64,000 nt of DNA from Macrostomum lignano (lineage: Eukaryota), in NCBI GenBank assembly GCA_002269645.1, contig NIVC01002254.1, positions 73,868 to 137,867 of the forward strand, read 5' to 3'. Positions 1 through 24,000 of the stretch are shown here, piece by piece (the stretch's first letter is position 1; each line of letters starts with the position of its first letter). The position numbers and the translations under genes are program-made. The notes below the pieces were generated by a model. The model was not told the origin of the DNA. It was given only the letters and a program-made list of their open reading frames with translations, and searched no databases.

Positions 1-430
1 TGGCTCTGGCGCTTCCTTACAGTATGGCTCTGGCGCTTCCTTACAGTACAGCTCTGGCGCTTCCTTACAGTATGGCTCTGGCGCTTCCTTACAGTATGGC
101 TCTGGTGCTTCCTTACAGTATGGCTCTGGCGCTTCCTTACAGTATGGCTCTGGCGCTTCCTTACAGTATGGCTCTGGCGCTTCCTTACAGTATGGCTCTG
201 GCGCTTCCTTACAGTATGGCTCTGGCGCTTCCTTACAGTATGGCTCTGGCGCTTCCTTACAGTACAGCTCTGGCGCTTCCTTACAGTATGGCTCTGGCGC
301 TTCCTTACAGTATGGCTCTGGCGCTTCCTTACAGTATGGCTCTGGCGCTTCCTTACAGTATGGCTCTGGTGCTTCCTTACTGTACAGCTCTGGCGCTTTC
401 TTACAGTATGGCTCTGGCGCTTCCTTACGC
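1..430. repeat. 24-bp minisatellite (TGGCTCTGGCGCTTCCTTACAGTA)n, about 18 copies, running off the window start
   Basis: Exact 24-bp periodicity is visible; it explains the MALALPYS-repeat ORF 24-434. Confidence 0.95.
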
Positions 431-841
431 CTGACGCTGCTGCACCTAATACATGTTTTTCATATCATTCTTTGGGGTTGCCTGGGGATCTAATTGATCT
501 GGGCGGGTTTATGATTCGTAGAAATAATTTATACATGTATTGTCACTGAACTTACTTCATTATACGATTTGATTATACTTCACGATTCGATAGGCCAGAT
601 ATAATTCGATAGAAACTATCGAATCGAACCCAGGATTGACGTGAGAGTTAATTGCGTCAGTGCTGGGCACCTCAGCCCCATCCGACCACCTCTGTCCTTA
701 TTGGTCCATTTTGAACTTCGATTTCAAAGCAATCCACGGGTATAAATACAGTTTGGAGAGTCAAGAATTGCATGCTTCGCTTCGCAGTACTTCGAACCTT
801 GACATAATTGAGATAGCTTGTACAGTTGAGCAGTTTTAAGC

Positions 842-1081
842 ATGAGTCGCTACGGTTTCCTACTAGTTCTGCTGCTGCATGTAGGCGTGCTTGCGCCTGT
901 GCAGGCGGCTCCTTGGAACAGCCGAATGCTTTGGTACTCGACGCAGCTGTCCTACCAGCCTCTGCTGCAGAGTCGGGACTCAAACCAGCCGGCCAGTTCC
1001 GGAGAGAACAGCTGGCGTTTCTGGTGGAATGGACCGAATGGATATCGCTGGGGCAGCAAAATGCGCTTTGGAAAGCGCTAG
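842..1081 (+). CDS. Neuropeptide precursor (79 aa) with a C-terminal ...GSKMRF-amide; RFamide type, NKY/sNPF-like
   Basis: ATG start, hydrophobic signal peptide (MSRYGFLLVLLLHVGVLAPVQA), and the ORF ends in MRF-G-KR-stop (amidation Gly plus dibasic site). Single exon in a locally GC-rich segment. Confidence 0.8.
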   Translation: MSRYGFLLVLLLHVGVLAPVQAAPWNSRMLWYSTQLSYQPLLQSRDSNQPASSGENSWRFWWNGPNGYRWGSKMRFGKR

Positions 1082-3619
1082 TCTGGCGGATGCTCATTTT
1101 GAGCTGCTGAGGTCTCGGTCTCTTGAAGACAGTTTCTGTTTTTTGTTTGTAAAACACCACATCTCCAATACGTGTACCTACTTGTTGTTTCGTTTCAAAG
1201 CGCTTTAATTTGACATCAAAAGTTTTTGTGGTAACCACACTCAACAAAATAAGTCAGAAAAAATCTACCGAATTTGTGCTTTTGCAATTCGAATTTTTTT
1301 GTAATTTTGTTTTCCAGTTTACTTTTAATTTACTTTTAATTGTGATTTAAATTTACTTTTAATTACTTTTAATTGTAGCTCCTGCATATAACATATACCC
1401 GCACTTTTTTAACATCAGACCCACTTTAAAAAACTATATGCACTGTCAAAACATTGTAACACATTAAAAATACATCATTTTTTCTCTCAATATAAAAAGT
1501 ATTCGCTTTTTTTGCGTGAAAGTGATTCATAAAAATGATTTTGTTTTATTTATTTACTTTTTAAAACTCGAGAAAGGTTAAGCTAATAAATTTCTGTTGA
1601 AATAAAGTAACTTGTCGATTGTCTTTAAACTTTCACAAATACATGCACAGGTATTATACGAGTAGAAGGATGCATAAAAGAAAATAATTAAGCTGTATAT
1701 TTTGACGCACTACGCAGTAATCTGTTAGCGTTGTATAAAGCCTTTTCTACTGAAGCAAAGACGCTGTAATAAACATAAGTAGTCATATTGAGTAGTATAC
1801 ACGGCAAACCGCACTACGCACGTATAAAATATCAATTCACCGAGAGAACCACTGAATATGAATATGCGATGAATATGCAAAAGAACCGATTGACTGGGGT
1901 GATAATGAAAATTTGCAGGAGAAAAGCATGCGAGTAAAACAAAAAGGAAGAAAACTCAGAATCGAACTCCTTGAACGTATATAAAAAAGAAGGAAAAAAA
2001 TTGGTAATCTATGATCGCTATTTGCACTTCTCCTGTGAGCAGATAGCCATTTAATTCATTTAGGAAACAATATTCGATTAAAAACACAAAAGAATACGCA
2101 AGACAGAATATTAACAAAATGTTTTGTAGAAACAAAACAAAAAATTACAACACAAAAGAAATTGAAACGGCGTTTTAAAAGCGATTTTAAAAAAACTGCA
2201 TGTTTATCAAGCGCACGAGCCATATTTCTTGGATAAGATTTACCGCAATTTGCAAAACTGTATGTGTTTTGAATATTCGGTAGTGCTCCGTGAGCCCGTT
2301 TTCCAGTGGAGTATAAGAATTCATGTGAGTACAAAATGACGGGTAAATGCTCACAATGATCGAATGCTATATAGATGAAAAGTAAAAACTAATGCAACGT
2401 GGAGCAAATTATAGAGAAATGGAAAGACAGTATGATTAGACAAACGTAATGAATTTAATTATGAATATCAAGTCAATTTACAAGCACTCATATTGTGCTG
2501 ATTTATTTACATTGTGCAACAGTAACTTTTGTACACTTCTTATGCCAGAATAATGGTCGATTACTTGGTCGCTAAAACTTTCATTCGCTTTTTACTTTTT
2601 TGCACTTGAATTAAAGTTTCTAAACATTGATCCTCGACGTATCGATAAAATTACTGTAACTCAGATGACTATTTACTTGCACGCGAGATGGTTGTTATAG
2701 TTTCTTAGAAAATTTTAATTAACTGCACGAATGCATGTAGCTTTGCTCAAAAATACACTGTGGAGAGACGATCGAAGTTTCATTTATCTGTTCTGCACAA
2801 AAAGAGATTTAATTAGTATATACTGTGGTTGTAACATTGGTTGATGGAAGTTTAGAAAAAATGAATAAGTAAAGTAAAAACTATACATTCGAAAGAATAT
2901 AAAAATATAAATATACATAAAAGTATATATATCTGAAAAATTCAAATAAACTTTTACTAAAAATCCAGTGTAGCAATAGGAGACAATCATATTCAAACTA
3001 TTTATACATCGCTATACGCTCATGAATCTCCGCAGTGAGTTTTTAGAGCGAAATGAAATTTGAATGAATATTCAAATTTTCTAAGAAACGAAGTTTTTAT
3101 CCTATTCGTCTTTGGCGTGCAAAGGTCTAAAAACAAAGCAAAAAGGATTTAAAAATAATTTTAGATAAAACGCCCGGCCTTGCATATTTTTAGAGTTTTG
3201 TTCCTTTCAGAAACGGTGACTTTTACGGTTCACTAAAAAAGGCTTTTTCTCCAGAAATTTTCATACAGTACCGGAAATTATTCTCTTTGAATGCTTTCAA
3301 GACTGGAAACTGGCTAAATCTTGGTACTACACCTGATTGAAGGTAAAATTTGAATCTCAATAGGCTATAAAAGATCAAAGGTTTTTAATTACATGTAGTT
3401 TTGATTTTTCTTGTTTTCAACTGTATAACTACTTACAGTAATCTAGCTATAGCATAACGCTCGTATTTCACTAATCTGCAAGAATATTCCATCCGCAGTA
3501 CTAAAATGCTACCAAAATTCAAACAATTTCTGCGGGTAAGCATTGTTGCCTCTTTGCCTATAATCACTGTCAAAGATATTTTCGATACATATCGGCACAA
3601 ATTCTACTTTACCTCGAGC

Positions 3620-5898
3620 TTAGCACAGCGGAGTGTCAAACAGCAGGTAGTTCTTGAGCACAGTCGGCAGCGGCAGCTCGCCCACCGACTTGGGCAGTGG
3701 AGCTGGAAGCCGGTCACGAATCAGCACCCGGCACAGGCGCATCAAGGACGTGCTGGTCAGGCTGAACACCAGGGCCTTTTGCTCCGGCCCGATCCGGGAC
3801 ATTTTAGCGATGGCAGCTCGGTCAACCTTGACGGCGGCGGATAATAGCAGCTCGGCCAGTTGAGCATTCTCCGGATTGTTCAACACGCGGGACAGGTGGC
3901 CTTGGACACCGTATCTGAGAGGGGGCATTTAATTCGTAAATGTATATGTAGCTTATTGAAAGCAAATGCAAAGAGAAGTTGTAATTTTGCACCTTTGCAT
4001 CATCCTGGCACTTCTACCTGTACATCCTCATGATGTATTATAAACTGATGTATTGTAAATGTACAGAGACCATCATAGACTCACCTGCATCCTCATTCAG
4101 ATCACCATAGACTCACCTGCATCCTCATTCAGACCACCATAGACTCACCTGCATCCTCATTCAGACCACCATAGACTCACCTGCATCCTCATTCAGACCA
4201 CCATAGACTCACCTGCATCCTCATTCAGACCACCATAGACTCACCTGCATCCTCATTCAGACCATAGACTCACCTGCATCCTCATTCAGACCATAGACTC
4301 GCCTGCATCCTCATTCAGACCACCATAGACTCACCTGCATCCTCATTCAGACCACCATAGACTCACCTGCATCCTCATTCAGACCATAGACTCGCCTGCA
4401 TCCTCATTCAGACCATACATTCACCTGCATCCTCATTCAGACCATACATTCACCTGCATCCTCATTCAGACCATCATAGACTCGCCTGCATCCTCATTCA
4501 GACCATACATTCACCTGCATCCTCATTCAGACAACCATGTACTCACCTGCATCCTCATACCGACCATAGACTCACCTGCATCCTCATTCAGACCATACAC
4601 TCACCTGCATCCTTATTAAGACCATAGACTCATGCTCATCCTCATGCATCCTCATGCTGCAGGCCCTGTATCCACGCCCTTCATTACCTAAGAGCATGAA
4701 CTGAAGTCAATCCCCAAGGTATATTAAAAAGTGAGCAACTGACATTCTCTCACCTGTCCAACAGAGTGTACCCGCAAGCTCCCTGACAAAGATTGATTTT
4801 GGCTCCAAACTGTACCAGCAGGTACACAGTAAAGGCGTCGAGCTCCTCGTTGCAGCCGAGGTATTCAACTAGCGGCGGCAGGCAGGGTGCATCCAGGCAG
4901 ATCTTGTCCTTGACGTTGCTATGCTGATTCGGCCGCGCCCCGGCGTCTAATAGCAGTTTGAGCAGCACGTTGCGACTCTCGAGTCGAACTACGGAGCACA
5001 GAAACTGCAGCGGGTAGATTTCGTATCTGCCCGACTGGTTTGGCCGATTCGGGTCGGCTCGATTGCGCAACAGGCAGCACAGCATAGGCGGACTGTTTAG
5101 CTTGATGGCCAGCTCCAGCGCTGTCGTGTCGTTCTGCACAAACTGGTCGGGATCGGCGCCGCTGTTCAGCAGCAGCTGCATAAGGTCGGTACGCCGGTTC
5201 TTCATCGCGTAGAACATGGCCGACTTGCCGCCGAAAGCGAATGACGAACGTAGGTCGACGTTGGCCTTGTGGCACAGCAGCACCATGGCGGCTTCCAGCC
5301 GGCTCTCCTTACAGGCGCGCATCAGCGGGCTGAGGCCCCAACGGTTGAACGTGTCCGGATTGGCTCCGGCTCTGAGCAGCAGCTCGAGGCAGAGCAGATT
5401 CTCCAGGCTCATCACCGAGACCAGGTCGCCCATGAAGTAGCGACAGTTCGGATTGGCGCCAAGCCGCAGCAGGGCCTCCACGCACAGCAGGTGGCCGTTC
5501 TCCACAGCGTAGGACAGCGGGTCCTCGACCGTGTCCTCGGCCGGGATGTCGGCGAAGTCCGCGTCGCGACGATCGTAGCAGTTCGGGCGCTGCCAGTGCA
5601 GGCGAGCGCCGGCCTCGGCCAGTGCCACCAGGGCGCCCGTGCTGCCCCGGCGAGCGGCGATGTGAATCGGCGACAGTCCCTCCTCGTCGGCGCAGTTCAG
5701 ATTGCAGCCGTGCTTAATCAGCAGCTGCAGCAGCTGCAGCTTGTTGTAGTGAGCCGCGTAGTGCACCAGCGACATGCCTTTGACGCGGATCTGGCTCAGG
5801 CAGACGCGGCCGCTAGCCAGGAGCAGCTGAAGGTCAGCCGCTGGTTTGTCGCTGCGCACCGCGTAGGCAAACAGCTTTGTGAAGTCGGCCGTTTCCAT
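3620..5898 (-). CDS. Ankyrin repeat and SOCS box protein (ASB family, Cullin5 E3 adaptor), about 479 aa; exons 5898-4754 and 3914-3620
   Basis: About 8 ankyrin repeats (e.g. GLSPIHIAARRG, GLSPLMRACKES, LLLRAGANPD). Phase-2 intron with CAG|GTGAGA donor at 4753 and TCTCAG acceptor at 3915 restores the frame. C-terminal SOCS box TSLMRLCRVLIRDRL...ELPLPTVLKNYLLF (BC box plus LPLP Cul5 box). Confidence 0.9.
4070..4650. repeat. 29/32-bp minisatellite (ACCATAGACTCACCTGCATCCTCATTCAGACC)n inside the ASB intron, about 18 units
   Basis: Direct periodicity; fills most of intron 3915-4753. Confidence 0.93.
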
Positions 5899-6542
5899 CT
5901 TCTTCTACTCGTAGCGAGCTGGCTAATATTTTTTCTCCCGGTGCAACGAAATTCTGTCGCGGTCCTGGCCAGCCTTGGTGCCGTCGGTTTCGGGATATTT
6001 CTACTTGATTTCTCCTCCACTCTCCCCCCCCTCAGTTCTTGCCCGTCGAGTGTTCGCGCGGGTCACGCGGGAAGAAGCGAACTACAGTTGGAAAACCGGG
6101 GAAGGGTAAGAAGGGAAGGGAGGTGGGTTGGCCAGCATCAGCTGACACAACGAACTGGATCAGCTGACTTCCATCCGGTTGCGTCTCCTAGCGCACTTTC
6201 GCCGTCCTGCTAAGCCTAACTGCAAAGAACGCTGCATGGTTGCCATGCAATGTCTGCGTCGATGTAGTTCGATAGCTACCGATATTCTGTTCTCTAAAAA
6301 TTAGTCTATTATTTATTCATAGGCTTGAATGGTATTTTAAGATTCTTCTACTATAGCTGCCATTCCTAGCGGTTGTTACAACGACAACACCAACAAGTGA
6401 CTCGGTTCCAGTTGTTGGTCGGGAGCTTTAATATCTGTTTGTCTTGAAGGCAAGTTTTGAGACATTGGCTCAAACAGATTAGCTGAGCTGTTGTCTTATA
6501 ATAGCTGTTCCTGGCCCCCTCAGGTGCCAGAAGCCGTTGCAT

Positions 6543-18944
<12,402 letters not shown>

Positions 18945-19239
18945 CTGAAAGTTATTCTCTACTCTCCTCTCCTTCCTAAAGTGAGCTCAGACAGATCAAG
19001 CAGTTTCGGAGTGGAACTTTGGCCTGAATAAACAGTTCTAGATGGCTCAAATCTTTTATAATAGAGATTAGAAAGTTTAACGGAAAAAATCTCCAGATAC
19101 CTGTTCCACTTATCGTTCTCTCACGCTCTCACACTCATGACTTTTATTTTGTTTGGTTCTTTACCGCTCTTGCTATGTACCTCCCCCGTTTGTCTCTCTT
19201 TCTCTCTTTTCTTCTTAGTTCTTCCCTTACTACCAGTTT

Positions 19240-20030
19240 CCGCTCTCTATCTCACCCCCCTCTCCTTCCCACTCTCTATCTCACCCTATCCCTCTCCTTC
19301 CCACTCTCTATCTCACCCTATCCCTCTCCTTCCCACTCTCTATCTCACCCTCCCTCTCCTTCCCACTCTCTATCTCACCCTCCCTCTCTTTCTCCACTCT
19401 CTATCTCACCCTCCCTCACCTTCCCACTCTCTATCTCACCCTATCCCTCTCCTTCCCACTCTCTATCTCATCCTCCCTCTCCTTCCCACTCTCTATCTCA
19501 CCCTATCCCTCTCCTTCCCACTCTCTATCTCACCCTATCCCTCTCCTTCCCACTCTCTATCTCACCCTCCCTCTCCTTCCCACTCTCTATCTCATCCTCC
19601 CTCTCCTTCCCACTCTCTATCTCACCCTATCCCTCTCCTTCCCACTCTCTATCTCATCCTCCCTCTCCTTCCCACTCTCTATCTCATCCTCCCTCTCCTT
19701 CCCACTCTCTATCTCACCCTCCTCTCCTTCCCACTCTCTATCTCACCCTATCCCTCTCCTTCCCACTCTCTATCTCATCCTACCTCTCCTTCCCACTCTC
19801 TATCTCACCCTATCCCTCTCCTTCCCACTCTCTATCTCACCCTCCCTCTCCTTCCCACTCTCTATCTCACCCTATCCCTCTCCTTCCCACTCTCTATCTC
19901 ACCCTCCCTCTCCTTCTCCACTCTCTATCCCACCCTCCCTCTCTTTCTCTATTCTCTATCTCACCCTCCCTCTCCTTCCCACTCTCTATCTCACCCTCCC
20001 TCTCATTCGCCACACTATCTCACCCTCCCC
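19240..20030. repeat. 30/32-bp pyrimidine-rich minisatellite (CCCTCCCTCTCCTTCCCACTCTCTATCTCA)n
   Basis: Direct periodicity. Confidence 0.93.
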
Positions 20031-20584
20031 TTTCTATCTAAACCCAAGCCCCTCACTTTTCTCTCATGCTCTACGTATGCAGTACTAAAATAAGTTGTCA
20101 TCAGCTACACGCAGATTAGCAGAGCTGAGACCAGCTAGCCAGACCTAAAGTGACGCTACACACAGTGTCTTCAGTCAGGTCGCGTCCCCACCAGCTGTGA
20201 AGCAAAGAATATTGTATTCCGGAGGGAAATCTGGATCAATACTGGCACAGCATTCGTATTCCTTATTCAAATAATTCACCGCAGTCTTCTTTCTTCTCTT
20301 GCAGCAAGTGCATTCTTCTTCTAGAAGTGACTGCAATAATTCACAGAGCTACTCAGGACATAGGAGGCGCATTCAATTAAGCTTTTAAGCTCATGCGCTC
20401 TGCAGTTTATTGAAAATATATTTCATGCAAAGTCACACAATGCGGCAACTGAGTCCTTTACGAGCGTATTGAATTTTTTCCTGACTGAACTTTAGCCGCT
20501 GTTAGCGAAATTAATCTGTTCATTTATCTCTGATCGTTCGATTAGGTATTTTCCTTCCCGTGTGTCTGTATCTACTCTCATCTC

Positions 20585-21050
20585 AATTCCGTAATTCCGT
20601 AAGTCTTAGTCATGCTAATCTAATCTCAACTGATCTTAGTTATCTCAGTCTAATCTCAGCTGATCTTAGTTATCTCAGTCTAATCTCATCTGATCGTAGT
20701 CATGCTAATCTAGTCTCATCTGATCTTAGTCATGCTAATCTAGTCTCATCTGATCTTAGTCATGCTAATCTAATCTCATCTGATCTTAGTCATGCTAATC
20801 TAGTCTCATCTGATCTTAGTCATGCTAATCTAATCTCATCTGATCTTAGTCATGCTAATCTAGTCTCATCTGATCTTAGTCATGCTAATCTAGTCTCATC
20901 TGATCGTAGTCATGCTAATCTAGTCTCATCTGATCTTAGTCATGCTAATCTAATCTCATCTGATCTTAGTCATGCTAATCTAGTCTCATGTGATCTTAGT
21001 CATGCTAATCTAATCTCATCTGATCTTAGTCATGCTAATCTAATCTTAAT
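20585..21050. repeat. 30-bp minisatellite (CTTAGTCATGCTAATCTAGTCTCATCTGAT)n, about 14 units
   Basis: Direct periodicity; translates as SHANLVSSDL repeats in one frame. Confidence 0.9.
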
Positions 21051-21127
21051 TCAGCTCAGTCTCTTATCTAATCTTACTTCAGTTATCCCTATCTACTTCC
21101 TTGCTTATCTAATCTATAATCTCTATA

Positions 21128-21393
21128 GGAGGTTTTAGCCTAGTGGTCAGAGTGTCGGACGCACGACTGAAAGGTCGAAAGTTCGATTCTCGACCTACTC
21201 GGAACAAGTTGTGCCCTTGAGCAAGACACTTAACTCTGCATTGCTTCAGTTCATGGGTGCCAGCATTAGCTGGGGTAATTGAGGGTGTGTGTGGCGACCC
21301 CCCAGTCCTTGGACTGAACAGCCGTACGCAGCCTTCAGATGCGCCGCGCAATAGCTGCGGCTGAGCTGTCGGTTGCACATCTCGGTTGCACAT
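21128..21393 (+). mobile_element. tRNA-derived SINE with a CORE-like central domain (family 1, near full length)
   Basis: Pol III A-box-like TAGCCTAGTGGTCAGAGTG and B-box GTTCGATTCTC. Central GTGCCCTTGAGCAAGACACTTAACTCTG...CTTCAGTT resembles the CORE domain. Short 3' tandem (CGGTTGCACAT)x2. A second copy lies at 36248-36469. Confidence 0.82.
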
Positions 21394-21651
21394 TTTTATT
21401 GAAAGGACAGAGATTCGTTTCACAAACAGATTGCATTGAACACTGCTGGCTGCAGAAGACTAAATCATCTGATGCAGAATGGCAACATATTTGCTTGGAT
21501 TCCAATTAAAGGGGGAGTGGGAGAGGGGGATAAGCGAATGGATAGAGATTGGGAAGAAAGGTTATTAAGGATGAAGGCAAAGATAGATGGATGGAAAGAC
21601 TATAAGGGTTAGAAATGCTGAACTTTGCTCGAAGTTTCGGTCGAAGTGCCG

Positions 21652-21838
21652 CTATTCGCAAAGTTTGCCCTTTAGTTGGCACATTAGTTACTGGGGAAAT
21701 ATTTGAGGGATTAAACAAGAGCCACCCCACCAGTCTGTAAAAAAACTATTCGCAAAGTTTGCCCTTTAGTTGGCACATTAGTTACTGGGGAAATATTTGA
21801 GGGATTAAACAAGAGCCACCCACCAGTCTGTAAAAAAA
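21652..21838. repeat. Tandem duplication of about 94 bp (2 copies)
   Basis: CTATTCGCAAAGTTTGCCC...CAGTCTGTAAAAAAAC starts at both 21652 and 21746. Confidence 0.9.
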
Positions 21839-22119
21839 CCGTGCAAGCCTTAGGAAATGATCCGCAATGTTTATGGCTTAACTAAAATTGTGCGTTGCAT
21901 GGCAAATGCGGGTCCTTGTATATTATTGTTAGTATGAAGTTTTCTTGCTCTCTTCTACTGCTCTTGTTGCATCGTACTTCCGCAAAGGATTAATTTCTTT
22001 TTTTTGTTTGTTCGGTATTTTAAGACGCAAGTTATTTTGGCTTAGTAAATCAACCAATTTTCACCTTTCTTCAACATTCTTTCAGAGAGTGTCCATGTAG
22101 CAATAAGATAAGGCCAGAT

Positions 22120-22450
22120 ACAGTGCACAAAAACAGCACCAAAAACAGCATCAAAGAACCGCACAAAAAACAGCATCGAAAACAGCATCAAAAACAGCAT
22201 CAAAAAAGCATCAAAAACAGCACCAAAACAGCATCAAAAACAGTACCAAAAACAGCACCAAAGCAGCATGAAAAACAGTACCAAAAATAGCACCAAACAG
22301 CACCAAAACAGCACCAAAACAGCATCATCAACAGCAATAAAAACAGCGTCAGAACAGCACCAAAAACAGCACCAAAACAGTACCAGAACAGCACCAAAAA
22401 CGTCAATAGAGCACCAGAAACAGCTTCAAAAACAGGGTCGAAAAAGCAGC
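22120..22450. repeat. Degenerate (CAGCACCAAAA)n low-complexity repeat
   Basis: Direct reading. Confidence 0.8.
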
Positions 22451-22979
22451 TAAAATAGTCTTGTTTACGTGGGTCAGGTCAAATATTAAAGAGCTAAAAT
22501 TTTTAGCAAAAGTTCAGCTCTATAGCTCGTAATTACGTAATTACCCCTTGTAATTACCCCTCGAATTTCGACAATCGTAGCCCTGACAAACTTTAGCAGA
22601 ATTTAGCCATATAACAGCTGATCAATAAAATTGTCTCGATTAATCGATTTAAACAAATGAGGCTCGGATGGCCTTGAAGTCACTTCCGGGCGGAAGTGGC
22701 AAGCTGGAACTGACCCATTGAGTCCTGTCCACTTCTGTTATTCATTTTAAACTTCGGGAACAACAGCATCAGTTGGGGAAAGTTGGGTGAATAACAAAAT
22801 TTTACATTCTTTCCGATCTGTAATTTGTTGCACTGGCTTAGCCACTTACTCTCGTATTCATCAGCATTTGCAGTCAGGGATTGCAGGGGGGATAAGCTCT
22901 TGCATATAAGTCTACTGAACTGCTTAAATTGAAGTAGGTTGTGTTCTTCATCTGCCACTTGAGATTCTCCTGTTCATAA

Positions 22980-24000
22980 CTCTCTCTCTCTCTCTCCCTC
23001 TCCTCCCCCCTCTCTCCTCTCGCCTCTCTACTCTCCCCTCTCTCCTCTCCCCTCTCTCCTCTCCCCTCTCTCCTCTCCCCCTCTCTCCTCTCCCCTCTCT
23101 CCTCTCCCCCTCTCTCCCCTCCCCCTCTCTCCTCTCCCCTTCTCTGTTAGGATGAATAAATCCCTCCTCCTCTCCCTATGAATGAATCTCTCCTCTCCCC
23201 TTCTCTCCTCTCCCCTTCTCTCCTCTCCCCTTCTCTCCTCTCCCCTTCTCTCCTCTCCCCTTCTCTCCTCTCCCCTTCTCTCCTCTCCCCTTCTCTCCTC
23301 TCCCCTTCTCTCCTCTCCCCTTCTCTCCTCTCCCCTTCTCTCCTCTCCCCTTCTCTCCTCTCCCCTTCTCTCCTCTCCCCTTCTCTCCTCTCCCCTTCTC
23401 TCCTCTCCCCTTCTCTCCTCTCCCCTTCTCTCCTCTCCCCTTCTCTCCTCTCCCCTTCTCTCCTCTCCCCTTCTCTCCTCTCCCCTTCTCTCCTCTCCCC
23501 TTCTCTGTTAGTATGAATAAATCCCTCCTCCTCTCCCTATGAATGAATCTCTCCTCTCCCCATCGCTCCTCTCCCCTTCTCTCCTCTCCCCCTCTCTCCT
23601 CTCCCCTTCTCTCCTCTCCTCTTCTCTCCTCTCCCCTTCTCTGTTAGTATGAATAAATCCCTCCTCCTCTCCCTATGAATGAATCTCTCCTCTCCCCATC
23701 GCTCCTCTCCCCTTCTCTCCTCTCCCCCTCTCTCCTCTCCCCTTCTCTCCTCTCTCCCTCTCTCTCCTCTCCCCCTCTCTCCTCTCCCCTTCTCTCCTCT
23801 CTCCCTCTCTCTCCTCTCCCCCTCTCTCCTCTCCCCTTCTCTCCTCTCTCCCTCTCTCTCCTCTCCCCTTCTCTCCTCTCCCCTTCTCTCCTCTCCCCCT
23901 CTCTCCTCTCCCCTTCTCTCCTCCCCCCTCTCTCCTCTCCCCTCTCTCCTCCCCCCTCTCCTCTCGCCCTCTGTCCTCTCGCCCTTCTCCCCCAAAGTCC
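22980..24000. repeat. 15-bp CT-rich satellite (CTCTCCTCTCCCCTT)n with three copies of an embedded unique spacer
   Basis: Direct periodicity; explains the SPSLL and ERRG repeat ORFs. Confidence 0.93.

Noticed and set aside
24-434. MALALPYS-repeat ORF
   Set aside because: Translation of a 24-bp minisatellite with near-identical codons and no unique domain.
4919-6213. ORFs 5269-6213(+), 5216-5440(+), 4919-5275(-), 5796-6020(-)
   Set aside because: Antisense or off-frame shadows of the GC-rich ASB exon.
19137-20093. 318- and 288-aa Pro/Ser/Leu ORFs (also 40434-42652, 42669-43753, 29964-30941, 37824-38718, 54576-55118)
   Set aside because: Each is a translation of a tandem repeat, open in several frames or strands, and several lie inside introns of the SCYL2 model.
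21128-21195. Possible tRNA gene (also 26765-26700)
   Set aside because: A and B boxes are present, but I see no convincing cloverleaf with an acceptor stem, and the sequence continues into a repeated SINE body.
21934-21993. Signal-peptide-like MKFSCSLLLLLLH on the + strand
   Set aside because: Stops after 19 codons, and the nearby acceptor gives no open continuation in the matching phase.
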